A DNA stretch of 64,000 bases from Alphaproteobacteria bacterium (GTDB taxonomy: Bacteria; Pseudomonadota; Alphaproteobacteria; SP197), in assembly GCA_964291415.2 (NCBI GenBank), contig OZ219918.1:704001-768000 (forward strand), written 5' to 3'. Shown here piece after piece: positions 10,391 through 19,751 of the stretch. The notes beneath the pieces are model-generated. The model saw only the letters and a program-made list of their open reading frames with translations, was not told where the DNA came from and ran no database searches. Each line of letters begins with the position of its first letter. The stretch's first letter is position 1. The translations under genes and the position numbers were made by a program.

Positions 10391-11944
10391 TCAACGCCGA
10401 ATCAGGGCGGCGGCGATGAAGGCGAGGCCGGGCAGCAGGATGACCAGCAGGGTCCAGTTGCCGTAGCGGGACCACGGCGTGGGGTGTTCGAGGGGGGCGG
10501 GCAGGGCGGCGTCGAGGATGCCGCTGTGGCCGAGCGGCATGCTCGCCACCACCCGGCCAAGGGGATCGATCACTCCGCTGATTCCCGTGTTGGCTACGCG
10601 GACGACGGGAAGCCCCTGTTCCACCGCGCGCAGTCGGGCTGCCTGGAAGTGCTGATAGGGGCCGCTCGATACGCCGAACCATGCGTCGTTGGTGATGTTG
10701 AGGAGCCACCGTGGCGGACGAGCCGGATCCGTGATACCCGTGGAAAAGATGATCTCGTAGCAGATCAGCACGCCGAAGTCCGGCAGGCTCGCCACCTGGA
10801 TCGTGGCCGGTCCCGGGCCCCGTCCCATATCGCGTCGGCCGGGAACGATAGTGTCGATGGGTAGGATTCCGCGCAACGGCACGTACTCCCCGAACGGCAC
10901 CAGGCGGTACTTGTCATGGAGGGTCACAGGTCCCTTGCCGGAGAAGACAAGGAGGCTGTTGCGCGCCTCGAGCGCGCCGTCGGCTCCAGGGACGGCGCGG
11001 ATGGCGCCCGCCATGATGACTCCTCCCGGCGGGGCCGCGGCGGCGAAGGCGGACATAACGGCAGGCTTGCCGAGGAGCGTGTGGGGAATGGCCGCCTCCG
11101 GCCAGATGATGGCAACGGGAGGCTCCCCGGCCGGCGCCAGGGAACTCAGCGCGACCTGGCGGGCAAAGTGGTCCTCGAGGAGCGCCCTCTCCCACTTCAG
11201 GTGCTGTTCGATGTGTGGCTGGACAAGGCGCAACATCGGACCCGGCGAGTTGTCCCTGTTCTGAAGGCGCAGTTCTCCGGCCGCCCAGGCCAGGGCGATG
11301 ACGGCGATGGATACCCCGAGCCCGCCTGCCGCACGTCGGGGAGTGAAGCGGCCGGCCGGCGCCACGGCGGCCGGCGCGAGGCTCGCGACGAGGACGATGG
11401 CGCCCAGCAGCCAGGGCCCGCCCAGGGCGCCCCCCTGGATGAGGCTGTCGGAGAGAGCCAGCGAGGAGCCCACGAGATTCCAAGGGAATCCCGTCAGTAA
11501 CCAGCTGCGAACCCATTCCAGGACCAGCCATGCGACGCCGAGAGCGACGATCCTTGCGCGTCGGCCCGGGATCATGCCGGCGAGGCCCGCCGCCGCCGCC
11601 GGAAAGAGACCGAATCCGGCAGCGATGGCGAGAAGGGCCAGGGGATAGAGCCAGGCGTGCCGCTCCGGATCCACCAGCAGGGCGTTGGCGATCCAGTAGA
11701 ACGCCGCAGCGGAAAATCCGCAGCCGAACCACCAGCCGTCCAGGAAGGCGCCGGCGCCGCGCCGGTGACCGGAGATGAGCCATGCGAGTCCGCTGAAGGC
11801 GACCACGGCGCCCGGCAACAGGTGAAAGGGAGGGAGCGCTGCCGCCAGCACGGCGCCCAGACCAAGGGCCGTCAGCCGGCGGCGCCAGCCGGTGAGGGCG
11901 GTCAGCCGCAGAATGCCATCGCTGTCAACCGCGCTGGCCGGCAC
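10391..11944 (-). CDS. lnt: Apolipoprotein N-acyltransferase
   Basis: LTGFPWN, WPEAA, KYRLVPFGEYVP, LICYE, NITNDAWFG, RVANTGIS. Confidence 0.95.
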   Translation of the reverse strand: MPASAVDSDGILRLTALTGWRRRLTALGLGAVLAAALPPFHLLPGAVVAFSGLAWLISGHRRGAGAFLDGWWFGCGFSAAAFYWIANALLVDPERHAWLYPLALLAIAAGFGLFPAAAAGLAGMIPGRRARIVALGVAWLVLEWVRSWLLTGFPWNLVGSSLALSDSLIQGGALGGPWLLGAIVLVASLAPAAVAPAGRFTPRRAAGGLGVSIAVIALAWAAGELRLQNRDNSPGPMLRLVQPHIEQHLKWERALLEDHFARQVALSSLAPAGEPPVAIIWPEAAIPHTLLGKPAVMSAFAAAAPPGGVIMAGAIRAVPGADGALEARNSLLVFSGKGPVTLHDKYRLVPFGEYVPLRGILPIDTIVPGRRDMGRGPGPATIQVASLPDFGVLICYEIIFSTGITDPARPPRWLLNITNDAWFGVSSGPYQHFQAARLRAVEQGLPVVRVANTGISGVIDPLGRVVASMPLGHSGILDAALPAPLEHPTPWSRYGNWTLLVILLPGLAFIAAALIRR

Positions 11945-12797
11945 GTCTCACGCGCAGACGCTTGATATGCCGTGGATCGGCATCGACGATTTCGAACTCG
12001 AGCCCTGACGCGTGAGCGATGATCTCGCCTCGCATCGGAATGCGGCCGGCCATCGTGTGGACGAGTCCGCCGACGGTGTCGATGTCCTCGTCTCTCGATT
12101 CGTCCTGGAGCGTCGAGCCTGTCATGGCCTCGAGTTCGCTGACCGGCGCGCGGGCATGGGCGTCGACGACGCCGCCGGGCTGCTCGACGAGAAGAACCCC
12201 GTCCTCGGCATCGTGCTCGTCCCAGATTTCGCCGACGATGGGTTCCACGAGGTCCTCGATGGTGGCGAGGCCGTCGATGCCCCCGAATTCGTCGACCACC
12301 AGCGCCAGATGCGTGCGGGCCGTGCGCATCTTGATGAGAAGATCGACCACCGGCATCGACGGGGGAACGAAGAGGACGTCGCGCACCAGGCTGGCAAGGC
12401 TGGGCACCTGCCTGTCCTCGGGCAGTCCCCAGTGATCGAGGAAGTCCCGGACATGGACCATGCCGATCGGGTCGTCGAGGGTCTCGCGGTAGACCGGCAA
12501 CCTGGAGTGTCCGGTATCGCGCATGATCTCGACGACCTCGGCGAGCGTCGTTGCCTCTTCGACGGCGACGATATCGGCATGGGGCACCATGACGTCGTCG
12601 ACCGTGAGCTCGCCGAATCGCAGAAGATTGGACAGCATCGAGCGCTCGGCATCGGAGAACTCCGTCTCGCTGCCGTCGCCGGCCTCGAGAAGCTCCTCGA
12701 CGGACTCCCTCAGGGTGTCGCCGTTGCGGCCGCTGACCAGGCGGCGCAACCAGCCGGCAAGGCCTGAAACCGGTGTCTGGGGCGATCGGTTGTTCAC
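11925..12797 (-). CDS. corC: CBS/CorC-domain hemolysin-family Mg/Co transport protein
   Basis: VMVP, HSRLPVY, VVDEFGGIDGLATIEDL, DTVGGLV; conserved position ybeY-corC-lnt. Confidence 0.9.
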   Translation of the reverse strand: MNNRSPQTPVSGLAGWLRRLVSGRNGDTLRESVEELLEAGDGSETEFSDAERSMLSNLLRFGELTVDDVMVPHADIVAVEEATTLAEVVEIMRDTGHSRLPVYRETLDDPIGMVHVRDFLDHWGLPEDRQVPSLASLVRDVLFVPPSMPVVDLLIKMRTARTHLALVVDEFGGIDGLATIEDLVEPIVGEIWDEHDAEDGVLLVEQPGGVVDAHARAPVSELEAMTGSTLQDESRDEDIDTVGGLVHTMAGRIPMRGEIIAHASGLEFEIVDADPRHIKRLRVRRAGQRG

Positions 12798-13339
12798 GGA
12801 GTGTCCAGGAGGTAGGGGTCGGGGATGCCGAGGGTCTCGAGCACGGCGCGCTCCAAGTCCTCCATCACGCCGGCTTCCACGTCCGTCTCGTGGTCGTAGC
12901 CAAGCAGATGAAGGGTCCCGTGAACGGCGATGTGGGACAGGTGATCGGTGAGTTCCAGGGCCCGGCGGCGCGCCTCGTCGACGACGGTTTCCCGGGCGAT
13001 GACGATGTCGCCCAGGAGAATGTCGCTGCCGGGCGGAGAACCGGCGGGACGCCGCAGCCGCGTCCCCGGGGAGCGGTTGTCGCTGGGGAACGACAGAACG
13101 TCCGTCGGCTGGTCGATGTGCCGCCAGCGGCCGTTGAGATCGGCCAGCATGCGGTCGTTTGCCATGACGACCGCCACGTTGACAGCCTCCCCGGAACAGG
13201 CGAACTGAAGCGCTCTCGTGCAGGCCCGCTCCACGACGTCGTCGGCCCCGGGCAGATCACTCAGCCAGGCCCCGTCCGCGACCGTGACGTCGACATGTGC
13301 CGTCCCGGATCGACTGCAGGCGCCGTCGTCTCCCGTCAT
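12794..13339 (-). CDS. ybeY: rRNA maturation endoribonuclease YbeY
   Basis: PTDVLSFP, LGDIVI, HGTLHLLGYDH. Confidence 0.95.
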   Translation of the reverse strand: MTGDDGACSRSGTAHVDVTVADGAWLSDLPGADDVVERACTRALQFACSGEAVNVAVVMANDRMLADLNGRWRHIDQPTDVLSFPSDNRSPGTRLRRPAGSPPGSDILLGDIVIARETVVDEARRRALELTDHLSHIAVHGTLHLLGYDHETDVEAGVMEDLERAVLETLGIPDPYLLDTP

Positions 13340-14304
13340 GGCGCCTCCCGGCGATCGTCCGCATCCCAGGCGCGGACGATCTTCGCCACGAGCGGGTGCC
13401 GGACGACGTCGACATCGGTGAACCTGACGACCTCGATGTCTTCGACGGATTCGAGGATGCGCACCGCATCCGCCAGTCCGGAAACCTGGCCTCGAGGCAG
13501 GTCGACCTGCGTGAGGTCGCCGGTGACCACCATGCGCGCGTTCTCGCCAAGGCGGGTCAGGAACATCTTCATCTGCATCCGCGAGGTGTTCTGGGCTTCG
13601 TCGAGTATGACAAAGGCGTTGGACAGCGTCCGCCCGCGCATGAAGGCCAGCGGCGCCACCTCGATGTCGTCGGACGCCAAGCGACGATTGGCCTTGTCGG
13701 CCGGCATGGTGTCGTAGAGCGCGTCATAGAGAGGGCGAAGGTACGGGTCGACCTTTTCGCGCAGGTCGCCCGGCAGGAACCCGAGCCGTTCACCGGCTTC
13801 CACCGCCGGACGCGACAACACGATGCGATCCACGTCGCCCGACTCCAGCATGGCGACAGCGACGGCGACGGCAAGATAGGTCTTGCCCGTTCCGGCCGGG
13901 CCAAGCGCGAACACCATGGACGATGACGACAGGGTCTTGAGGTAGCGCGCCTGGTTGAGGGTACGCGGCGTGATGCGCCGCCGCGAGGTTTTCACCACGG
14001 TATTCGAGATCGACGGATCGCCCGCCATGCGGAGCATGGCCTCGACTTCGGCGGGCCCGACCGTGAGACCGTCCTTGAGGCGCCCGTAGAGACCGTTGAG
14101 AACCAGGACGGCCGTTCCGGCCGGTTCCGAAGGCCCGGCAATGCTGACCTGATTGCCGCGGCAGGTCAGCGAGACGCCGAGTTCCTGTTCGATGCGTACG
14201 AGGTGGCAGTCATGCCAGCCGTAGAGGGAGGCCAGCAGGTCGTTGTCCTCGAAGGCCAGAACGCGTGGCGCCGGGGCCTCGTCGCGGACCGGAGGAGACG
14301 TCAT
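13336..14304 (-). CDS. phoH: PhoH-family ATPase (YbeZ)
   Basis: GPAGTGKTYLA, RPAVEAGERLGFLPGD, PLAFMRGRT, DEAQN. Confidence 0.95.
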   Translation of the reverse strand: MTSPPVRDEAPAPRVLAFEDNDLLASLYGWHDCHLVRIEQELGVSLTCRGNQVSIAGPSEPAGTAVLVLNGLYGRLKDGLTVGPAEVEAMLRMAGDPSISNTVVKTSRRRITPRTLNQARYLKTLSSSSMVFALGPAGTGKTYLAVAVAVAMLESGDVDRIVLSRPAVEAGERLGFLPGDLREKVDPYLRPLYDALYDTMPADKANRRLASDDIEVAPLAFMRGRTLSNAFVILDEAQNTSRMQMKMFLTRLGENARMVVTGDLTQVDLPRGQVSGLADAVRILESVEDIEVVRFTDVDVVRHPLVAKIVRAWDADDRREAP

Positions 14305-15638
14305 CAGGCTGCCAGCATCCCGGCCATGCTGTTGGGCCGGGCCTCGGTGAGGGTGACATCCATCAGCGATCCGAGGTGGCGTTCACCGGCATCGACGTGT
14401 ACGGCCTGGAGCCAGGGGCTGCGGCCCACCAGCTGGTGGGAATGCCGCCCCCTTCGCTCGAGAAGCACCGGAACCGTATGGCCGACGGTGGCGCGATTGA
14501 ACGTGTCCTGCTGGTCTCTCAGCAGGCGCTGCAGAATTCCGAGCCTCTCTGCCTTGACGTCGTCGGGCACCTGTCCGTCTGCCGCCGCCGCCGGGGTTCC
14601 GGGGCGCGGGCTGTACTTGAAGGAGAAGGCCGAGGCATAGGCGACATCGCGCACCAGCGAGAGCGTGGCGGCAAAGTCGGCATCGCTTTCGCCGGGGAAG
14701 CCCACGATGAAATCCCCCGATATGGCAATGTCGGGCCGCGCCTCGCGAACGGCCGCGATCACCGCGAGGTAGTCGGCCGTGGTGTGACGCCGGTTCATCG
14801 CCTTCAGAATCCGGTCGCTGCCCGACTGTACAGGCAGGTGGAGGTACGGCATCAGGCTGTCGATCTCGCCATGGGCGCGGATGAGGTCGCCGGACATGTC
14901 CAACGGGTGGGATGTCGTGTACCGGATGCGCCTGAGGCGATCGAGCGATGCCAGTTCGCCGATCAGACGCGCCAGGGTCCATGGTCTGCCGTCGGTGCCC
15001 TCGCCGTGCCACGCATTGACGTTCTGTCCGAGGAGGACGACTTCCACCACGCCCGTTGCCAGCAGTACCCTCGCCTCGTCGAGAATGTCACGGGCCGGCC
15101 GCGAAAACTCCGCACCGCGGGTGTAGGGAACCACGCAGAAGGTGCAGAACTTGTCGCATCCCTCCTGGATCGACAGGAAGGCGACACGACCGGCACCCGG
15201 GCGCCGTGACGGCAGGTCGGTGAAGCGGTCCCGAGCCGGAAAGTCGGTGTCGATCACCGTGCCGCCTTCGTTGGCGTGGCGCGTGATCAGGTCGGGCAGG
15301 CGATGATAGGTCTGGGGTCCGACGATGACATCGACTACGGGTGCCCGCCGGGCCATTTCCTCGCCTTCGGCCTGGGCGACACAACCGGCCACCGCGATCA
15401 TGAGATCGCCGCCGGCCTCGCGTTTGCGCTCCTTGAGCGCGCGCAACCGTCCCAGTTCCGAATAGACCTTCTCGGCGGCCTTTTCACGGATGTGGCAGGT
15501 GTTGAGGACGATCATGTCGGCGTCCTCGGCCGATTCCGTTTCCCGGTAGTCCAGGCGTGCCAGGACATCCGTCATGCGACCGGAGTCGTAGACGTTCATC
15601 TGGCAGCCGTAGGTCTTGACGAAGAGTTTCTTGGACAA
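14304..15638 (-). CDS. miaB: tRNA-2-methylthio-N6-dimethylallyladenosine synthase
   Basis: [27 protein letters not shown] radical-SAM motif, C-terminal TRAM; probable TTG start. Confidence 0.95.
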   Translation of the reverse strand: MSKKLFVKTYGCQMNVYDSGRMTDVLARLDYRETESAEDADMIVLNTCHIREKAAEKVYSELGRLRALKERKREAGGDLMIAVAGCVAQAEGEEMARRAPVVDVIVGPQTYHRLPDLITRHANEGGTVIDTDFPARDRFTDLPSRRPGAGRVAFLSIQEGCDKFCTFCVVPYTRGAEFSRPARDILDEARVLLATGVVEVVLLGQNVNAWHGEGTDGRPWTLARLIGELASLDRLRRIRYTTSHPLDMSGDLIRAHGEIDSLMPYLHLPVQSGSDRILKAMNRRHTTADYLAVIAAVREARPDIAISGDFIVGFPGESDADFAATLSLVRDVAYASAFSFKYSPRPGTPAAAADGQVPDDVKAERLGILQRLLRDQQDTFNRATVGHTVPVLLERRGRHSHQLVGRSPWLQAVHVDAGERHLGSLMDVTLTEARPNSMAGMLAA

Positions 15639-15732
15639 GCGCGTCCGGATGTTCCGCTGACTGTCGAAAGGGCGCGGGGGCCCCTGGCAGTTGTGCAACC
15701 TTGTCCAATTTTCCCTGGAACCCCGATCGCTG

Positions 15733-16590
15733 TCAATGACTTCGTGCGCCGCCCTCGGGTCGGCTCTCGCCGGAGCGCCTGGCGAGCTTGCGCAGACGCC
15801 GCCTCCGGCGCGGCGGCAGCCGGCCGGCAAGAGCCAGCGAGTGGCCCTCGCGGACGGCCGCCTCGCAGTGACGCGCCAGGGAGCGCCGGTGACCGCCGGT
15901 TTCGGTGATGGTCGTCGCCGGATGGAACTGGACGATGACCGTCACGACTCCCGCCTTCAGCATCTCCCACATGTGAGGAAGAAGATCCATGTCCCCGTAC
16001 CAGGCATAGAGCGGACGCATTTCACGGTCCATCGGCAGGTTGGAAAAGCGGGTGTAGGAAATGGACACGGGCTGGACGGTCACTTCCCTTCCCCTCACCT
16101 GATTCTGGGCCGAGGCGAAGAGCGCGCTCTTGAAAGGGAGAATCCTGTTGCCGTCGCCGGTGGTGCCTTCCGGAAACAGGATCAACTGCTCGCCCGCTTG
16201 CAGGCGCTCGCTGACGGCATCCATGTGCTGGCCGATGCGGGTCCGGCGCCGGTCGACGAAGACGGTGCGCTGCAGCTTGGCGAGCAGACCGAAAAACGGC
16301 CAGGTGCCGACCTCCGCCTTGGCGACGAAGCTGCCCCGGATGAGGGCGCCGAGAATGGGAATGTCGAGATAGGATGTGTGGTTGCACACATAGAGACAGG
16401 GACGATGACGGCAGGGGCCACCCCTGACGTCGAGGTTGAGGCCGATCAGCCGCAGGCAAATGCGGTGATAGAACTGCGGGAAGGCGTGGCGGGCCCGGCG
16501 TCCCGCTGCCAGCAGCACGAACTGCACCGGTATGCAGATCAGAGTCCAGCCGACATAGAGCACCGCGCGCGCAAGACCGACGGAGATCAT
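15733..16590 (-). CDS. olsA: Lyso-ornithine-lipid / 1-acyl-glycerol-3-phosphate acyltransferase
   Basis: NHTSYLD (HX4D), FVAKAEV, LFPEGTT, WYGDM; directly downstream of the olsB-like gene. Confidence 0.8.
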   Translation of the reverse strand: MISVGLARAVLYVGWTLICIPVQFVLLAAGRRARHAFPQFYHRICLRLIGLNLDVRGGPCRHRPCLYVCNHTSYLDIPILGALIRGSFVAKAEVGTWPFFGLLAKLQRTVFVDRRRTRIGQHMDAVSERLQAGEQLILFPEGTTGDGNRILPFKSALFASAQNQVRGREVTVQPVSISYTRFSNLPMDREMRPLYAWYGDMDLLPHMWEMLKAGVVTVIVQFHPATTITETGGHRRSLARHCEAAVREGHSLALAGRLPPRRRRRLRKLARRSGESRPEGGARSH

Positions 16591-17411
16591 GCGCCGCCAG
16601 GTCCGGTCTCGTCATCGCCACGGTAGCGGCGGCCGTACCGGTCCTCCACCACCGACACGTCGAGAAGGACGCAGACATCCGTGGTGTTGAACTGGTGATC
16701 GATGACCGCGCCGTCGCCAAACCGGCAGCCGGCCCGTGCGTAGCCCTTGATGAGCGGCGGCAGACTGGCCAGGCCCTCGGCAGCATCGAATGTGCCGGGG
16801 TCCAGCCGTTTCATGTCGACGTAGAGATGATCGAGCGCGCGGGGGCGAAGAGCGGCAGGGGCGGCGAGATGGTAGGCCATGTGGGAAAGCGGCAGGGCGA
16901 GACTGTCGGGGTCAGTGCCGTGGAGGCTGGCGCAACCGAACATGTACGAGATTCCATGCTGCACCACGTAGGCGCCGAGGCCCCGGAACAGGGCCTGGAT
17001 GGCGGCCCCGGCCCGGTAGTTCATGTCGACGCAACTGCGTCCGAGCTCCACCAGCTCACCATCGATGGCAAGCAGGCGCGAGATGTCGAACTCGCCCGCC
17101 GTGTAGAACGTGCACGTGTGCCCCAGGGTCGATCGACGCAACAGTCTCATGGTGGCGACAACGGCGGCGTCACCACCTCGCGTCGTGTCGCGCACGATGA
17201 GGTGTTCGCAGATGTCGTCGAATGTGTCGAAGTCCCGTTCCAGCTCGCTCATTCGGGGTGTGGGGCGGGCCTTCATTTCCTTGTAGAACACGCGGAAGCG
17301 CAGCCGCTGCACGGCCTGGAGTTCCGCCTCGCTGTCGACGAGGCGCAGTTCCAGAGGCCCGAGCCTGAGCCCTTTCGACAGTGCGCCCTGGTCGCGGGAC
17401 CCGGAAATCAT
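16587..17411 (-). CDS. olsB: L-ornithine N-acyltransferase (GNAT_5)
   Basis: QRLRFRVF, DFDTFD, ELGRSCV, FGCAS, LPPLIKGY, DHQFNTTDV. Confidence 0.88.
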   Translation of the reverse strand: MISGSRDQGALSKGLRLGPLELRLVDSEAELQAVQRLRFRVFYKEMKARPTPRMSELERDFDTFDDICEHLIVRDTTRGGDAAVVATMRLLRRSTLGHTCTFYTAGEFDISRLLAIDGELVELGRSCVDMNYRAGAAIQALFRGLGAYVVQHGISYMFGCASLHGTDPDSLALPLSHMAYHLAAPAALRPRALDHLYVDMKRLDPGTFDAAEGLASLPPLIKGYARAGCRFGDGAVIDHQFNTTDVCVLLDVSVVEDRYGRRYRGDDETGPGGA

Positions 17412-17432
17412 GGCTGAAGCGAGTTGCCGCAG

Positions 17433-17858
17433 TCAGGTGTCGGAACCGGACTTCAGCGCCCGTCCGTAGAGCTCCATGCGATGATCGATCAGATCGTAGC
17501 CCAATCGTTTCGCTATCTTGACCTGGAGCTCCTCGAGTTCGGGGTCCAGGAATTCGACGACCGCGCCGGTGTCGATATCGATCAGGTGATCGTGGTGCTC
17601 ATCCTGGTCGGCAGGTTCGTAGCGGGCCCGCCGGCCCCCGAAGTCATGGCTCTGGATGATTTCCGATTCCTCGAAGAGGCGAAGCGTGCGGTAGACTGTC
17701 GAAATGCTGATGCGATCGTCGATTGCCGATGCGCGGCGATAGACTTCCTCGACATCCGGATGGTCGTCCGAATCCGAAAGCACCCTGGCGATGACACGGC
17801 GCTGCTCGGTCATCTTGAGGCCCTTGTCGAGACATGCGTGTTCGATCTGTGAAGTCAT
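17433..17858 (-). CDS. fur: Fur/Mur-family transcriptional regulator
   Basis: GLKMTEQRRVI, HPDVEE, STVYRTL, HHDHLID. Confidence 0.92.
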   Translation of the reverse strand: MTSQIEHACLDKGLKMTEQRRVIARVLSDSDDHPDVEEVYRRASAIDDRISISTVYRTLRLFEESEIIQSHDFGGRRARYEPADQDEHHDHLIDIDTGAVVEFLDPELEELQVKIAKRLGYDLIDHRMELYGRALKSGSDT

Positions 17859-18150
17859 GGTGCGGGCGCGAACCGGAACAGCATGACACCGGTCCGCATG
17901 TGTCCTTCATCGTGTGTGGTTGCGGAACAGTCTAGACCAAAGGACGCGGCAGCGCCATGGCTTGACAGCCTGACTGTCGGCGTGAAGCGTGCCCGACGCG
18001 CAGGATCAGGACGACGGCCAGCAGTCATTGCCCGATCATTCTTGAGACCCGGACCATCGTGAAGAACCCGCCGAGGCGCTGACCAGGCACTCTCCGCCCG
18101 ACGACGTACACCCGCGCAGGCCAACGGTTTACACGAAGGACGGTCCCCAG

Positions 18151-18310
18151 GTGATCCCGACGACCCGCGAGACCACGGCCCTTCTCACGCTCTCGCCCAG
18201 CATGCAGCGACTTCGGGTGAAAAGCGGAGGGCCTCGCTACCTCCGGGTCGGGGGAGGGTTCGATACGCCGGGCCGACCTGCTGGAGCGGGTGCTGACGAT
18301 GCGCCGGGAT
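18151..18310 (+). pseudogene. Frameshifted excisionase-like HTH (AlpA/HTH_17) remnant
   Basis: TTRETTALLTLSP..RLRVKSGGPRYLRVG, continuing in shifted frames as GRVRYA and RADLLERV. Confidence 0.6.
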
Positions 18311-18419
18311 GCTGCGGCCTTGGGGTAGGCTGGCGCCGCAGCACCCTATCGGGTGTACCGGCCCGGTAACCGGTGTCGTCGGTGAGGCGCTGCATGGTCT
18401 GGGCGGACGGCGCCGCCAT

Positions 18420-19238
18420 CTACAGTCCCTCGAAGCAGCGTTCGAGGACGTCGACGGGGAGTATGACGTTCCAGTCCCTGATGGTCTTGCCCTCGCCCGA
18501 TTTGGCACCCAGAACATATCGGGGCTGAGCCGGCATGAGCGCGCGAAGCTCCTCGAACGCAGCATCCGGGATGCCCAGCCGCTCCTGCTCGCGCGGGGAG
18601 TCCAGCCAGAAACCTGCGGCACCGGCTGCGGTGGCCTTGCCAAGGGCGCGCGTGTAGCGGATCAGCGCGGGAGCGTCGATCCGCACCACCAGGTCCAGGG
18701 AGTTGAAGAGTTCCTCCGCGCCGCCGGCCAGATCGTAGCGGTCGAACAGATCGGCAATCGTCCGCTCGATCGTCGTGACCCTGATCTCCTGCCCCAGGCG
18801 GTCGACCGCCGTGACGCCATCCGGAGGCGCGAAGCCGCGCGGCGGCCTGATGAACCGGCAGGCGAAACCGGCTGCCCCGAACATGCCGGGCTCGCCCTCC
18901 GCGATGACCTGCACGTCATGTCCCTCCGTGTAGGCGTAGCCGTGCAGTTCAAGGGCCGAGTGATAGGCGATCGTGCCGCCAAGGCGCAGACGGGAGGCGG
19001 CGAGCAAGCGGTCGACCGACCATGTCGCGGCGTCGGCATGCTTGGGCACCGAGGCGAAGACTCCACGGGCGATGCGCCGGATGTTGCCGGCCTGGAGATG
19101 CTGGGCGAGCATCGCCGTGACGACCTGGGCGAGCATGTGACGACCTTGTCCAGGCTGGCGTCCGACGGCCGCGGCGTACTCCGGCCGCCGGAAGACGGGG
19201 TTGGCGCTGAAGAAGGGCGCGGAGACGAGTCGAGGCAT
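18420..19238 (-). CDS. AbiEi-like (type IV toxin-antitoxin) antitoxin/transcriptional regulator
   Basis: N-terminal wHTH (GNIRRIARGVF), IAYHSALELHG, VTTIERTIAD..AGGAEE, C-terminal WNVI. Confidence 0.8.
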   Translation of the reverse strand: MPRLVSAPFFSANPVFRRPEYAAAVGRQPGQGRHMLAQVVTAMLAQHLQAGNIRRIARGVFASVPKHADAATWSVDRLLAASRLRLGGTIAYHSALELHGYAYTEGHDVQVIAEGEPGMFGAAGFACRFIRPPRGFAPPDGVTAVDRLGQEIRVTTIERTIADLFDRYDLAGGAEELFNSLDLVVRIDAPALIRYTRALGKATAAGAAGFWLDSPREQERLGIPDAAFEELRALMPAQPRYVLGAKSGEGKTIRDWNVILPVDVLERCFEGL

Positions 19239-19264
19239 GGCAGCTCGGGAGAGTCATTCAATAG

Positions 19265-19281
19265 TATTGCTTAAAGCAATA
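19265..19281. promoter_or_regulatory. Perfect 17-bp palindrome upstream of the AbiEi gene (putative autorepression operator)
   Basis: TATTGCTT-A-AAGCAATA in an AT-rich patch, overlapping a minus-strand TACTAT -10-like hexamer. Confidence 0.6.
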
Positions 19282-19515
19282 TAAGAAATATAGTTTACTC
19301 CGTCATTAACGAAGTCCCATGCATCGACCATATTCTTGGCTGAGCGGGTTTCATCTGCCGAGCCGGACCGCAAGGCGGGTGTCGGCAGTGAGGTGGCGCA
19401 TGCGCCGCCTCCAGACGCCCCATTGATGAATTCACAATGCTGTTGATTCGCTCCATTGTCATACTGCAGGCGTCGTCAGCTTGCCTGAGACGCCGCATGT
19501 CGCATCGACCGTGAC

Positions 19516-19560
19516 CTCATAACCTGAAGGTCGCAGGTTCAAATCCTGCTCCTGCAACCA
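19516..19560 (+). repeat. 3' fragment of initiator tRNA-Met(CAT), probable att-site scar; not an intact tRNA
   Basis: CTCATAACCTGAAGGTCGCAGGTTCAAATCCTGCTCCTGCAACCA runs from the anticodon loop to CCA; no 5' acceptor strand or D-arm upstream. Confidence 0.85.
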
Positions 19561-19751
19561 GCGTCGGCCCGAGAAAAAACTGATGTTTACACGGCCTTTT
19601 CCTTTGCGGGATGGGCGACTTGAAGGCGCTGATGGACGAAGTCTGGCGCTGCATGGAGGCCTGCCAACCTTGGCCCGGAAGCGCTGACGCGCTTGCCAAG
19701 GCATCGGCGGAGCGCATTCGCAATCGCTCATCCAGAGATCGACCACCCAGT

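Noticed and set aside
17962-17980. GACAG-N5-CTGTC palindrome as a second WYL site
   Set aside because: Spacing differs from the site at 60679 and no -10 lies at the expected distance; could be chance or another factor's site
19487-19560. Intact tRNA-Met gene
   Set aside because: Only anticodon loop to CCA is present; the upstream sequence cannot form the acceptor or D arms
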